Assembly (NCBI GenBank): GCA_009840175.1
Contig: VXOI01000216.1
Span: forward strand, 1,774-65,773
DNA from: Chloroflexota bacterium
Lineage (GTDB): Bacteria; Chloroflexota; Dehalococcoidia; Lucifugimonadales; UBA3495
Direction: 5' to 3'
Length of the DNA stretch: 64,000 nucleotides
Below are positions 27,470-36,380 of the stretch, one piece after another (the first letter of the stretch is position 1; each line of letters starts with the position of its first letter). Position numbers and translations under genes: made by a program. The notes under the pieces were generated by a model. The model was not told where the DNA came from. It made no database searches and saw nothing but the letters and a program-made list of their open reading frames with translations.

Positions 27470-28081
27470 TTATCCACTACCCAGCAGCAAGGCGTTTATC
27501 GTCGACACGCTGGCTGGGTGTACCGGTCTGCGGCGTTGCAGGCGCAGGGCCGACTCGCGGCAGAGGAACTCCAGCACGGCTTGATGCAGGCTTTCGTTGG
27601 CGACGTGACGCAGTTCCTGCTGGTAGGGGTAGGACTTTATCTTGTTGGGATCCAGCTTGTCGGCGATGAACACCAGCAGGCCCAGCGGCGTTAATCTGGG
27701 GTGCCCGGTGGTGTGAAAGCGCACCGCGTCTAGTATCTCTTCGTCGTCCAGGCCGTCCTCATGACGCAGCAGTTCCGCACCCACTGGGCCGTGCAGCGTT
27801 ATTGGGGCCTTCCGCTCGATGTCCAACAGCGGCAACTCGAAACGGTCGGCTTGACGCAGGATTTCCTTTTTCTTTGCCGCTCTCGCAACGTCGTGGCCCA
27901 GAATTGCCAGTTCGGCCCGTTCCTCGTCAATGCCGTGCCGCGCCGCCAGGTCCAGCCCCACATCCCTCACACGGAATATGTGGGCGCGCAACTTGTCGGG
28001 CAGCGAGTCAAACCGCTCCCGGAGCTTGGCGTTGGCTCCTTCGACGAGCTCAGGATGGACAAGCGAGCTGGAAGTGGTCAT
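27470..28081 (-). CDS. HD-domain phosphohydrolase, YqeK-like
   Basis: ILGHDVARA (HD motif), RFHTTG, FIADKLDPNK. 4-nt overlap with the upstream HIT gene. Confidence 0.75.
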   Translation of the reverse strand: MTTSSSLVHPELVEGANAKLRERFDSLPDKLRAHIFRVRDVGLDLAARHGIDEERAELAILGHDVARAAKKKEILRQADRFELPLLDIERKAPITLHGPVGAELLRHEDGLDDEEILDAVRFHTTGHPRLTPLGLLVFIADKLDPNKIKSYPYQQELRHVANESLHQAVLEFLCRESALRLQRRRPVHPASVSTINALLLGSG

Positions 28082-28428
28082 CCCATATCACCCAGTTGCC
28101 GCCCGCCCATCAGGTGGACATGAGGGTGAGCAATGGTCTGCTGTGCATCTGGCCCCTGGTTCAGCGTCAGCCGGTAGCCGCTGAGGGTGACGTTCTCGCG
28201 GCGGGCCATCTCCTCTGCCACCACGAACAGGTGCCCCATGACGGGCACCTGGCCTGGGCCGACGTAGGCCAGCGACGCGATGTGCATATTGGGAATGACC
28301 AGCAGGTGCACTGGCGACTTTGGGTTGATGTCCCTGACGACGAAACAGCGGTCATCACGGTATAGCACGTCCGGGTTGGCCGTATCGCGCGCTATGGAGC
28401 AGAAGATACATTGCGTGGCAGTGGTCAT
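28078..28428 (-). CDS. HIT (histidine triad) family protein
   Basis: CIFCSI.. N-terminus and the histidine triad HPHVHLMGG. Confidence 0.9.
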   Translation of the reverse strand: MTTATQCIFCSIARDTANPDVLYRDDRCFVVRDINPKSPVHLLVIPNMHIASLAYVGPGQVPVMGHLFVVAEEMARRENVTLSGYRLTLNQGPDAQQTIAHPHVHLMGGRQLGDMG

Positions 28429-28461
28429 CAGTTTTATCGCCTTCCCTTTTTCGGAAGTGTA

Positions 28462-28902
28462 TCACAAGGGAGCCGACTGCCCGGCCAGCCGCTCCAGCCG
28501 CCTGCGCTGGGCACGAGTCTCGACAGTGAAGGACGCCGGAAGCTGGGGGCTGACGGATTCCAGTTCGGCCAGATATTCCTTTATCCTGCCGATGGCATAC
28601 TCCACCCCTTCTTCGTGTTCCCAGTTTTCGTAGAAGTTCTGGTGCATGGATTTGGCAGACTGGAACATATCCCGCAAATCGGGACGCCCCAACTCGTCGA
28701 TTACTTGGTTGGAAATATCGAACAGCAACGAGTGAGACTGGTGGTGCCATCCACGCCCTTCGGCGATGGACTTGAGAGCACAAGCCGTTGCACCCCAGGA
28801 CTTCTCCGAAGCCTGTTTAAGGTCTCCCTGCCGCAGGTAGTCCTCGGCCCGGGCCATGTACTCCTGGCTCATGGCAGCATACTTGTTGTTGGGGGTCGTC
28901 AT
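28462..28902 (-). CDS. PaREP1/HEPN-like domain protein
   Basis: YMARAEDYLRQGDLKQASEKSWGATACALKSIAE...MHQNFYE resembles, from memory, the PaREP1/PaREP8 helical family. Confidence 0.55.
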   Translation of the reverse strand: MTTPNNKYAAMSQEYMARAEDYLRQGDLKQASEKSWGATACALKSIAEGRGWHHQSHSLLFDISNQVIDELGRPDLRDMFQSAKSMHQNFYENWEHEEGVEYAIGRIKEYLAELESVSPQLPASFTVETRAQRRRLERLAGQSAPL

Positions 28903-28907
28903 TGCGG

Positions 28908-30044
28908 CTATTCGCTCTCGATGCTGGCGAGGGCTAGTTCCTTGTGATAGTTGGCGTCACCGTAGCCGAGTTCTTGGACCTTGGCCCGGCGGGTGTATAG
29001 TTGCAAGTCGTGTTCCTTTGTGAAGCCGATGGCGCCGTGGCACTGGTGGGCGGTGGAGCAGACCCGGCGGTAGGCCTGGCTGATCCAAGCCTTGGCAATG
29101 GAAATTTCGCGCTGGGCTGGCAGATCCTGGGCCAGGCTCCACGCCGCCTGGTAGGCAACGCCCCGGCAGCCCTCGACGTCGGTTGCCATCTGGGCGCAGT
29201 GGTGCTGTACTGCCTGGAAGCTGCCGACGGGACGCCCGAACTGTGTCCGTTGCTTGACGTACTCTACGGTCATGTCCAGCACGGCGGACGCGCCCCCCAG
29301 CATGGTTATGCAATGCCCGGCCACGCCCCGCTGAATGGCCCGCTCCGCAATAGGCCAGCCACCGTTGACCTCGCCCAGCACCGAGCTGGCAGGCACACGG
29401 ACATTGTTCAACCGCACTTCGTACTGACGCTCGTTGCCGATTATGCGTATGGGCGATACTTCTAGACCGGGCAGGCCGGAGGGCACCAGGAAAAGAGTAA
29501 CGCCAGACGCCGGATCGCCTTCCTGCCCGGTTCGAGCAGCAACGATGATGACGTCCGCAACATGAGCATCCGGCACGAAGAGCTTGGTGCCATTCAGCGC
29601 ATAGCCGTCTCCATCCGCCGTGGCCGTGGCTTCAACGCCCCATGCCTCGAAAGTGGCGGACGATTCGGTTACCGCCAGGGTCAATATGCTGCTGCCATCG
29701 GTTACTCTGCTGAGCAGGTCGTTTTTCTGGGCATCGCTGCCCCCGTCCAGCACTGTCAGCCCGCCGAGCACGACGGTGGAAAAGTAGGGAGTGGGAGCCA
29801 GGGCGCGGCCTATCTCCTCCAGCAGCACAGCCAGGTCGAGGAAATCGCCGCCGGTGCCGCCGTACTGTTCAGGGAAGGGAACGCCGGCCCAGCCAAGCCC
29901 GGCAATTTGACGCCAGAGCTCGTCGGAGTAACCGCGCTCATCTTCCTCCATTTCCCGCACCAGAGTGGTGGGACATTCCCGCGCCAGGAACTCCTGTGCG
30001 CTGGTCTTCAGCATCTGCTGGATTTCGGTAAGGCCCATGTCCAT
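28908..30044 (-). CDS. Acyl-CoA dehydrogenase
   Basis: ACAD layout with a C-terminal ...GAIGFTKEHDLQLYTRRAK region. Confidence 0.85.
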   Translation of the reverse strand: MDMGLTEIQQMLKTSAQEFLARECPTTLVREMEEDERGYSDELWRQIAGLGWAGVPFPEQYGGTGGDFLDLAVLLEEIGRALAPTPYFSTVVLGGLTVLDGGSDAQKNDLLSRVTDGSSILTLAVTESSATFEAWGVEATATADGDGYALNGTKLFVPDAHVADVIIVAARTGQEGDPASGVTLFLVPSGLPGLEVSPIRIIGNERQYEVRLNNVRVPASSVLGEVNGGWPIAERAIQRGVAGHCITMLGGASAVLDMTVEYVKQRTQFGRPVGSFQAVQHHCAQMATDVEGCRGVAYQAAWSLAQDLPAQREISIAKAWISQAYRRVCSTAHQCHGAIGFTKEHDLQLYTRRAKVQELGYGDANYHKELALASIESE

Positions 30045-30165
30045 GATTATTTGCCTCTCTGGTGTTGGTTGCGCTGAACGCCGCGGCGCGGACAGTCTGC
30101 CGTGGCGGTGCCAGTATAGTCTATGCGCTATTGGCTCTCAACAAAGGTTCTTTCGATGTACCCTT

Positions 30166-30552
30166 TCATCGTGGTGAGTTCTGGTTGCCATTCCCAAACC
30201 TGCCAATCGGCACGACGGGCGTCAATCGTTCATTGACGGAATCGGTAGCTAAGTGAGCCGCTTCCAGAGTTGTCGCCCCCAGCAGCGGGCTGCTTCCTTC
30301 GGCGGCGAAGATCACAGGGGCAATTACTTCCATTCCCTCGATTACAAACACCGCGTATCCAAAGGGGATGTCGACTACGCGCTCATCTGCGAAGGCAAAG
30401 GCGCGGGTTTCGGTTGGCCGGACATTCACGCCCTCCAAGACATCCTGCGGGATGTAGCTGTGGACGGAACCCGTGTCAGCCAATGCTTGGACTTCAACAA
30501 AGGAAGACTCTTCCAAGTTGCCTACTAGCATTGAAACGCTGAAAGTTCCCAT
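30166..30552 (-). CDS. Retropepsin-like (clan AA) aspartic protease, small single-domain
   Basis: Active-site motif ALADTGS and downstream LLGATTLE. ATG at 30550-30552 with AGGAGGTG Shine-Dalgarno sequence, 4 nt after the cupin stop codon. The longer track start (30597) would overlap the cupin gene. Confidence 0.65.
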   Translation of the reverse strand: MGTFSVSMLVGNLEESSFVEVQALADTGSVHSYIPQDVLEGVNVRPTETRAFAFADERVVDIPFGYAVFVIEGMEVIAPVIFAAEGSSPLLGATTLEAAHLATDSVNERLTPVVPIGRFGNGNQNSPR

Positions 30553-30556
30553 TGAG

Positions 30557-30928
30557 CTACACCTCCTGGACAATCTCCACCGGCGTGTTGCGGGCAACGA
30601 TTATCTCCATTACTTCGTCGCTGTCGTTGACTGGCTGGTGGACGGCTTCGGCGGGAACGTAGATGAAGTCGCCGGGGCCGATGGGCAGGGGATTGTCCAG
30701 CTTGTCGCCCACGATGAAACGGCCGTGCCCCTTGACCACGTAGATGGCCGACTCGCAGTTTACGTGATAGTGGGGGCTGGAGGCGCAATGTGGCGGAATG
30801 GTGGCGATGGCCAGGTGAATGCCCGTCGAGCCAGTCAGCGCCTCGGACACCCCGGCAAGCCGCGTCATGGCGCCTGACTGGATCTCCACCTCCAGGCCGT
30901 CGTTGTGGATTACCTTGCACTCTGCCAT
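30557..30928 (-). CDS. Cupin domain protein
   Basis: Cupin motifs PHYHVNCESAIYVVKG and GDFIYVPAEAVH. Confidence 0.8.
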   Translation of the reverse strand: MAECKVIHNDGLEVEIQSGAMTRLAGVSEALTGSTGIHLAIATIPPHCASSPHYHVNCESAIYVVKGHGRFIVGDKLDNPLPIGPGDFIYVPAEAVHQPVNDSDEVMEIIVARNTPVEIVQEV

Positions 30929-30967
30929 TGCGGTCTCCTCTTGCCTGAGAGTATGCTTTGCCGCCCG

Positions 30968-32134
30968 CTAGATGCTGCGGACGAAGGCGTTCAGCCGCTC
31001 TATGGCCCTGCTGATGTTTTCCTGAGAGTTGGCGTAGGACAGGCGGACGTATCCGTCGCCGTATTCCCCAAAGGCCGAGCCGGAGAGCAATGCAACGCCA
31101 GCTTCCTGCATGGCGCGATCCTCGAACTCGCGGCTGCTCAGGCCGGTGTCCGCAATGCTGGGGAAGGCGTAGAACGCGCCCTCCGGCTCCGGGCAGCGTA
31201 TGCCTGGGATGCTGCGCAGGCCGTCGGTAATCAGGCGGCGGCGGGCGGCGAACTCAGCGGCCATGGCCTCCACCTGGTCGCGCGGGCCTTCCAGGGCGGC
31301 GATGCCCGCCTTCTGTGTGAAGGTGGCGGCGCAGGACACGCTGTTGACCGCCAGCCGGACAACGTGAGGCACCAGTTCCGGCGGCATGATACCGTAGCCC
31401 AAACGCCAGCCGGTCATGGCATAGCTCTTGGAAAACCCGTCAAGGATGATGGTGCGCTCTTCCATTCCAGGAATCGAGGCGATGCTGAAATGCTCGCCGG
31501 TGTAGAGGATGTCCTTGTATATCTCGTCGGCCATCACGTACAGGTCGGGATGCCGCATCACCAGTTCCGCGATGGTTCGCAACTCGCCTTCCGACAGGGC
31601 AGACCCACAAGGGTTTTCCGGCGTATTGAGGATAATCAGCCGGGTCTTGTCGGTAATCTGAGATGCGAGCTGGTCCAGGTCAGGGTGGTAGTTCTTGGAC
31701 TCCAGAAGCTGCATCGGAACAGGGGTGCAGCCGGTGAAGCGAATCATGGACTCGTATATAGGAAAACCCGGGTTGGGGTAAATGACTTCGACGCCCGGTT
31801 CACCCAGAGCCAGCAGCACATAGAACATGATGGGCTTGGCGCCGGGGGTGACCACCACGTTGTCCGGCTCGGTGTTGGTGCCCCGCACTTCGCGGCTGTT
31901 GCGGGCGATGGATTCGCGCAGTTCCGGAAGGCCAGCGGTGGGGCCGTAGTGGGTGAACCCATCGCTGATGGCCGCCATTCCGGCGTCTATGATGTGCCGG
32001 GGCGTGTCGAAATCCGGTTCGCCGATTTCCAGGTGGATGATTTCCCGTCCCTGGGCTTCCAGAGCGCGGGCCTTTGCCAGTACCTCAAAGGCGCTCTCGG
32101 TGCCCAGATCGTGCATTCGGGCGGCGACTGTCAT
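30968..32134 (-). CDS. PLP-dependent aminotransferase, class I/II (aspartate aminotransferase-like)
   Basis: NPENPCG, DEIY, and FSKSYAMTGWRLGY (PLP lysine motif). Confidence 0.9.
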   Translation of the reverse strand: MTVAARMHDLGTESAFEVLAKARALEAQGREIIHLEIGEPDFDTPRHIIDAGMAAISDGFTHYGPTAGLPELRESIARNSREVRGTNTEPDNVVVTPGAKPIMFYVLLALGEPGVEVIYPNPGFPIYESMIRFTGCTPVPMQLLESKNYHPDLDQLASQITDKTRLIILNTPENPCGSALSEGELRTIAELVMRHPDLYVMADEIYKDILYTGEHFSIASIPGMEERTIILDGFSKSYAMTGWRLGYGIMPPELVPHVVRLAVNSVSCAATFTQKAGIAALEGPRDQVEAMAAEFAARRRLITDGLRSIPGIRCPEPEGAFYAFPSIADTGLSSREFEDRAMQEAGVALLSGSAFGEYGDGYVRLSYANSQENISRAIERLNAFVRSI

Positions 32135-32154
32135 CTGTCCTCCGGTAGCCTGTT

Positions 32155-32195
32155 AATCCCTTTTCCCTTGAGGGAGAGGGCTAGGGTGAAATCCG
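32155..32195. repeat. REP-like hairpin repeat, family A copy 4 (degenerate left arm)
   Basis: CCCTTTTCCC-TTGA-GGGAGAGGG-CTA-GGGTGA. Confidence 0.65.
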
Positions 32196-32228
32196 CTGGG
32201 TAAGTCGTCATCGGATTGCAACGGCAGT

Positions 32229-33419
32229 CTACTCCGGTTGTGCCTGGTTCTGGGTGCGGACGGGCAGGCCGTAGATGCCTATGAACCCGGCCGCCGCAGT
32301 GTGATCGAACTGGTCCTGCCGGTCGTAGGTGGCGAGGCCATAGTTGTAGAGGGCACGCGGAGCCTGCCTGCCGACGACGGTGCAGCTTCCCTTGTGCAGC
32401 CGCAGTCGAACTTCGCCGGTGACGTGGCGCTGCGTGCTTTGCACGTAGGCGTCCAGGTCGGCCCGGTGGGCGGTGTACCACAGGCCGTTGTAAATCACGT
32501 CGGAGTATTCCTGGGCGATCCGGGCCTTGGTGCGGGCCTGCTCCTTGCTCAGGGTCATGGTTTCCAGCGCCTTGTGGGCCGCGTGGAGTATGACCGCTGC
32601 CGGACATTCGTAAATTTCACGCGACTTGATGCCTACGAGCCGGTTCTCCACGTGGTCAACGCGCCCCACGCCGTGCTCGCCGCCGACGGTGTTCAGGTGG
32701 CTGATCAGGGCCACGCCACCCATGGACTCGCCGTCTACGGAGGTGGGAACTCCACGCTCGAAGCCTATCTCGATATAAATCGGTTCATCGGGGGCGTCGG
32801 ATGCGGACTTCGTCCACAGGTAGGCGTCATCCGGCGGCTCCAGCCACGGGTCTTCCAACTCGCCAGCCTCCACGCTGCGGCCCCACAGGTTCTCGTCCGT
32901 CGAGAAGCGGCTGGCGCGGGTGTTGATTGGCAGGTTGCGGGCCAGCCCGTATTCGATTTCGTCGTCGCGGCTCATGCCCCAGTCGCGGATGGGCGCTATT
33001 ACCTGTAGGTCGGGGTCAAGGGCCATCACGCCCACCTCGAGCCGCACCTGGTCGTTGCCCTTGCCGGTGCAGCCGTGGGCCACGGCATAGGCCCCGTGCT
33101 CCCGCGCCGCCTCCACCAGGTAGCGGGCAATGAGCGGGCGGCCCAGCGCAGTAGCCAGCGGGTACTGCTCCTCGTACACCGTTCCGGCCTGCAGGCTGGG
33201 GTAGAGGAATTCGTCCACCAGCGTCTGCCGCCCGTCTACGATGACGGCCTCGACCGCTCCGATGGACAGCGCCCGCTGGCGGGTCGTCTCCAGGTCCACC
33301 ATCCCCAGGTCAATGGTGAGCGTGACAATATCGGCGCCGTATTTCTCCCTGAGCCACGGCACCGCCACCGTAGTATCCAGCCCGCCACTGTAGGCGAGGA
33401 CGATTCTATTTTGCGTCAT
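32229..33419 (-). CDS. argG: Argininosuccinate synthase
   Basis: Start at MTQNRIVLAYSGGLDTT (ATP pyrophosphatase motif). The 45-aa extension in the track overlaps hicA and is implausible. Confidence 0.92.
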   Translation of the reverse strand: MTQNRIVLAYSGGLDTTVAVPWLREKYGADIVTLTIDLGMVDLETTRQRALSIGAVEAVIVDGRQTLVDEFLYPSLQAGTVYEEQYPLATALGRPLIARYLVEAAREHGAYAVAHGCTGKGNDQVRLEVGVMALDPDLQVIAPIRDWGMSRDDEIEYGLARNLPINTRASRFSTDENLWGRSVEAGELEDPWLEPPDDAYLWTKSASDAPDEPIYIEIGFERGVPTSVDGESMGGVALISHLNTVGGEHGVGRVDHVENRLVGIKSREIYECPAAVILHAAHKALETMTLSKEQARTKARIAQEYSDVIYNGLWYTAHRADLDAYVQSTQRHVTGEVRLRLHKGSCTVVGRQAPRALYNYGLATYDRQDQFDHTAAAGFIGIYGLPVRTQNQAQPE

Positions 33420-33445
33420 TTGAGAAAGCGACTCCAGTTCATATA

Positions 33446-33670
33446 TCAAAGGGCTGACAAAAAATCTGCGACAGATACCTGTGCATCCTTGAGTATCTTG
33501 CGGACAAGTCGACGTTCCAAGTCTCGGGAACCATGGAACGGGACAGTTGTCCATCGTCCGTCTGGATGCTTCAGGATAATGTGGCTACCACGTTGGTGGT
33601 CGAACTCGAAACCTAGATTATATAAGCCTCCGAGGACTTCTCTGGCCCTGAGAGTCGGCATCCGGCCCAT
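33446..33670 (-). CDS. hicA: HicA-family mRNA interferase toxin
   Basis: ...LGFEFDHQRGSHIILKHPDGRWTTVPFHG.RDL....VRKILKDA is the typical HicA/YcfA fold with the catalytic His region. GC content is clearly lower than in the flanking genes. Confidence 0.8.
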   Translation of the reverse strand: MGRMPTLRAREVLGGLYNLGFEFDHQRGSHIILKHPDGRWTTVPFHGSRDLERRLVRKILKDAQVSVADFLSAL

Positions 33671-33676
33671 GGATTT

Positions 33677-33886
33677 CTACACCGTAATCCGGTGTACGCC
33701 TACGAAACGGTCTGCTACATCCGGGCGGTTCTCCCTTTCTTCCAGAACCAGGCAAATAACCTCTCTCATATTCCGCATGAGTTCCTCGAGAGTTAATCCC
33801 TGGCTGTAGCAGCCCTTTAGCTGAGGGACTTCGCCCACGTAGTAACCGTCTTCGTCCTGTTCCACGACGACATAGAAGTCCCGCAT
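33677..33886 (-). CDS. hicB: HicB-like (UPF0150) antitoxin domain protein, copy 1
   Basis: MRDFYVVVEQDEDGYYVGEVPQLKGCYSQGLTLEELMRNMREVI. No DNA-binding extension. Confidence 0.75.
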   Translation of the reverse strand: MRDFYVVVEQDEDGYYVGEVPQLKGCYSQGLTLEELMRNMREVICLVLEERENRPDVADRFVGVHRITV

Positions 33887-33888
33887 CT

Positions 33889-34140
33889 CTATCGCTCTTC
33901 CACCTCAACTTCCAGCTTATACACGCCAAGAAATCCGGAGTCCACGTCCAAGTCGTCATCTACCCGCGCAAGTATGATTGCCTTCTTGATGTTGACCATC
34001 AGTTCATCGAGATTCTCCCCATAGGCGGTACAGTCCCTCAATTGAGGGACCGTACCGATGAAGCCGTGGTTATCGTCCTTTTCAATCAGAACGTGATATT
34101 CTCGCTCGTCCATGTCCTTATCCTTGTCCGCCAAGAACAC
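33889..34140 (-). CDS. hicB: HicB-like (UPF0150) antitoxin domain protein, copy 2
   Basis: YHVLIEKDDNHGFIGTVPQLRDCTAYGENLDELMVNIKKAI is paralogous to copy 1. The probable real start is MDEREY at 34113. Confidence 0.7.
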   Translation of the reverse strand: MFLADKDKDMDEREYHVLIEKDDNHGFIGTVPQLRDCTAYGENLDELMVNIKKAIILARVDDDLDVDSGFLGVYKLEVEVEER

Positions 34141-34150
34141 AGTGCTGGCG

Positions 34151-35341
34151 CTAGATCTTCGCCAGCGCGGTGCTCAACCGCTCGGCCGCCTCGTCCACTT
34201 CCTCCCGCGTCACCGTGAGCGGGGGCATGAAGCGGACGGTGTTGGGGCGCGGACCGTTGAGCAGCAGGCCGGCCTCGTTGGCGTTGGCCAGCACCTGCGG
34301 CGATATGGTGTCCTCGAAGTCCATGGCCGCCAGCAGGCCCTTGCCGCGCACCTCAGACACGAAGGAGAAGCGGTCCTTGACCTCGTTCAGGCGGCCCAGC
34401 AGGTACGGCTCCATCTCCTTGACGTGGCCGGGGATGTCGTTGTCAATCATGTACTTGGTGCCGGCGTAGCCCGCAGCGGTGGTCAGGGCGTTGCCGCCGA
34501 AGGTGGAGCCGTGGTCGCCCGGCACCAGGGCCTGACAGTGGGCCTTGGACAGGAACGCGCCGATGGGAACGCCGTAGCCTAGGCCCTTGGCCAGGGTCAT
34601 AACGTCCGGCTCAACGCCGTATTCCTCGTATCCGAACAAGCTGCCCAGCCGGCCCATGCCGGTCTGCACCTCGTCCAGGATGAGCAGGATGCCCTGGCTG
34701 TCGCACCACTGGCGCAGGCGTTGCAGGTAGTCATCGTCTGGGATGATCACGCCGGCCTCGCCCTGCACCGGCTCCACCATCACGGCGGCGGTGCGCTCCG
34801 ACGTGGCGCTGATAACTGCCTCGACGTCGTTGTAGTCCACGTGGACGAACCCTGGCAGCAGGGGCGCGAAATTCTCTTGATAGTGGGGCTGGCCGGTGGC
34901 GGCGACGGTGGCCTGGGTGCGCCCATGGAAGGAGTTGAAGGCAGTGATGATTTCGTATGCGCCGTCGCGCTGCGTCTTACCGTAGCGCCGGGCCAGCTTC
35001 ATCGCGCCCTCCACCGCCTCGGCGCCGCTGTTGCCGAAGAAAATCAGGTCGAGACAGCTATTCTCGATTAGCATCTCGGCCAGTTGCAACTGCGGCACGG
35101 TGTAGAACTGGTTGGAGGTCTGGATGAGCGTACCGGCCTGCTCGGCGATGGCCTGGGTGAGCACCGGGTGGCTGTGGCCCAACTGGTTCACGGCCCAGCC
35201 GGCCACAAAGTCCAGGTACTGTTTGCCGTCGGCGTCCCAGACCTCGGTGCCCTGGCCGCGGACGATGACCACCGGCTGGCGGCGCACGGTCTGGGCGTAA
35301 TACTTCTTCTCAATGTCAATCCAGTCGCTGCTGTTGCTCAT
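34151..35341 (-). CDS. argD: Acetylornithine aminotransferase
   Basis: Class III aminotransferase: FGNSGAEAVEGAMKLAR, LILDEVQTGMGRLG, TLAKGLG (PLP lysine). Confidence 0.9.
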   Translation of the reverse strand: MSNSSDWIDIEKKYYAQTVRRQPVVIVRGQGTEVWDADGKQYLDFVAGWAVNQLGHSHPVLTQAIAEQAGTLIQTSNQFYTVPQLQLAEMLIENSCLDLIFFGNSGAEAVEGAMKLARRYGKTQRDGAYEIITAFNSFHGRTQATVAATGQPHYQENFAPLLPGFVHVDYNDVEAVISATSERTAAVMVEPVQGEAGVIIPDDDYLQRLRQWCDSQGILLILDEVQTGMGRLGSLFGYEEYGVEPDVMTLAKGLGYGVPIGAFLSKAHCQALVPGDHGSTFGGNALTTAAGYAGTKYMIDNDIPGHVKEMEPYLLGRLNEVKDRFSFVSEVRGKGLLAAMDFEDTISPQVLANANEAGLLLNGPRPNTVRFMPPLTVTREEVDEAAERLSTALAKI

Positions 35342-35466
35342 GGCGAGTCCTCATCTCCCGATAGTCCTTCAGGTTGCCGTTAGATTATCGCACAACCGCC
35401 GCAATCTTTCACACGGAAGAACTGCGGCGGCTTGAGAGGCGTATCGGCGGGGCTATTACGGTGGCT

Positions 35467-36282
35467 TCAGGAGCGCCGCCTCAACCCCGCCGTAATCGTC
35501 GTCCCCGTTGCGCGGCCTTGCAGGCAGTCCAGCAGGGCGTTGGGGTGGCGGCCGTCTGTGATGTCTGCGGTCGCGCCGCCTTCCAGTCCGCGCAGGCAGG
35601 CTTGCAGCTTGGGGATCATGCCGCCGCCGGCCACGCCGGAATTCAGCAGCGTGTTGGCCCGGCGCTGGTCCAGGCGAGGGATGACCCGGCCTCCGCCGTC
35701 CATTACACCGGCCACGTCGGTCAGGAACACCAGCCGCTCGGCCTGCAACTCCCGAGCCAGTTCCCCGGCCACGGTGTCGCCGTTGATGTTCAGGGGTTTG
35801 CCCGCGTTCTCCGAGCCGTCGAACTTATGCACACCCAGCGGCGCAATCATCGGGATGTAGCCAGCATCCAGCGCGGCGCGGATGGGGGCGGCGTTCACTT
35901 CCTGAATCTCGCCGACGTAGCCCAGTTCCGGGTTGGCGATGCCGCAGGTCAGCATACGGTTGTCTATGCCGCTGAGTCCGAGGCACCTGCCGCCCAACTG
36001 CTCCAGCAGCGAGACCAGTTCCTTGTTTATCAGCCCGCCCAGTACCGCCACGACGATTTCCAGGCTCTCGGCATCGGTGACTCGCAGCCCCCCGACGAAC
36101 TGCGGCGGGATGCCCTGGCGCTGCATCCAGCGGGAGATTACGTTGCCGCCGCCATGCACTACGACAACCTCCGTTCCATCCTGCTGCAACTTCACCAGGT
36201 CCAGCAGCGTGGTGTCGTGGCTGCCCAGGGTGCTGCCGCCGATTTTCACTACAATGGGCAGAAGGATTCTCCTGACAGACAA
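35467..36282 (-). CDS. argB: Acetylglutamate kinase
   Basis: VVKIGGS, VVVHGGG, LNINGDTVAG. Confidence 0.9.
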   Translation of the reverse strand: MSVRRILLPIVVKIGGSTLGSHDTTLLDLVKLQQDGTEVVVVHGGGNVISRWMQRQGIPPQFVGGLRVTDAESLEIVVAVLGGLINKELVSLLEQLGGRCLGLSGIDNRMLTCGIANPELGYVGEIQEVNAAPIRAALDAGYIPMIAPLGVHKFDGSENAGKPLNINGDTVAGELARELQAERLVFLTDVAGVMDGGGRVIPRLDQRRANTLLNSGVAGGGMIPKLQACLRGLEGGATADITDGRHPNALLDCLQGRATGTTITAGLRRRS

Positions 36283-36285
36283 AAT

Positions 36286-36367
36286 TTAACCACAGAGAAC
36301 ATAGAGGCCACAGAGATTTTTCTTTATATCCTTAGTCCTCTGTGCGCTCTGTGTTCTCTGTGGTTAA
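36286..36367. repeat. Long intercistronic hairpin (family C) between argJ and argB
   Basis: Perfect 16 bp arms TTAACCACAGAGAACA (36286-36301) and TGTTCTCTGTGGTTAA (36352-36367), extended by an imperfect 15 bp segment. AT-rich loop. Confidence 0.8.
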
Positions 36368-36380
36368 TAGCCTCAGTCGG

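Noticed and set aside
30166-30597. The longer 143-aa form of the first retropepsin-like ORF.
   Set aside because: The extension (MPATRRWRLSRRCSS) overlaps the 3' end of the cupin gene and is Arg-rich. The ATG at 30552 has a strong AGGAGGTG Shine-Dalgarno sequence.
32229-33554. The 441-aa form of argG with a Cys-rich N-terminal extension.
   Set aside because: The extension overlaps hicA on the same strand in another frame. The canonical ArgG N-terminus (MTQNRIVLAYSGGLDTT) starts at 33419.
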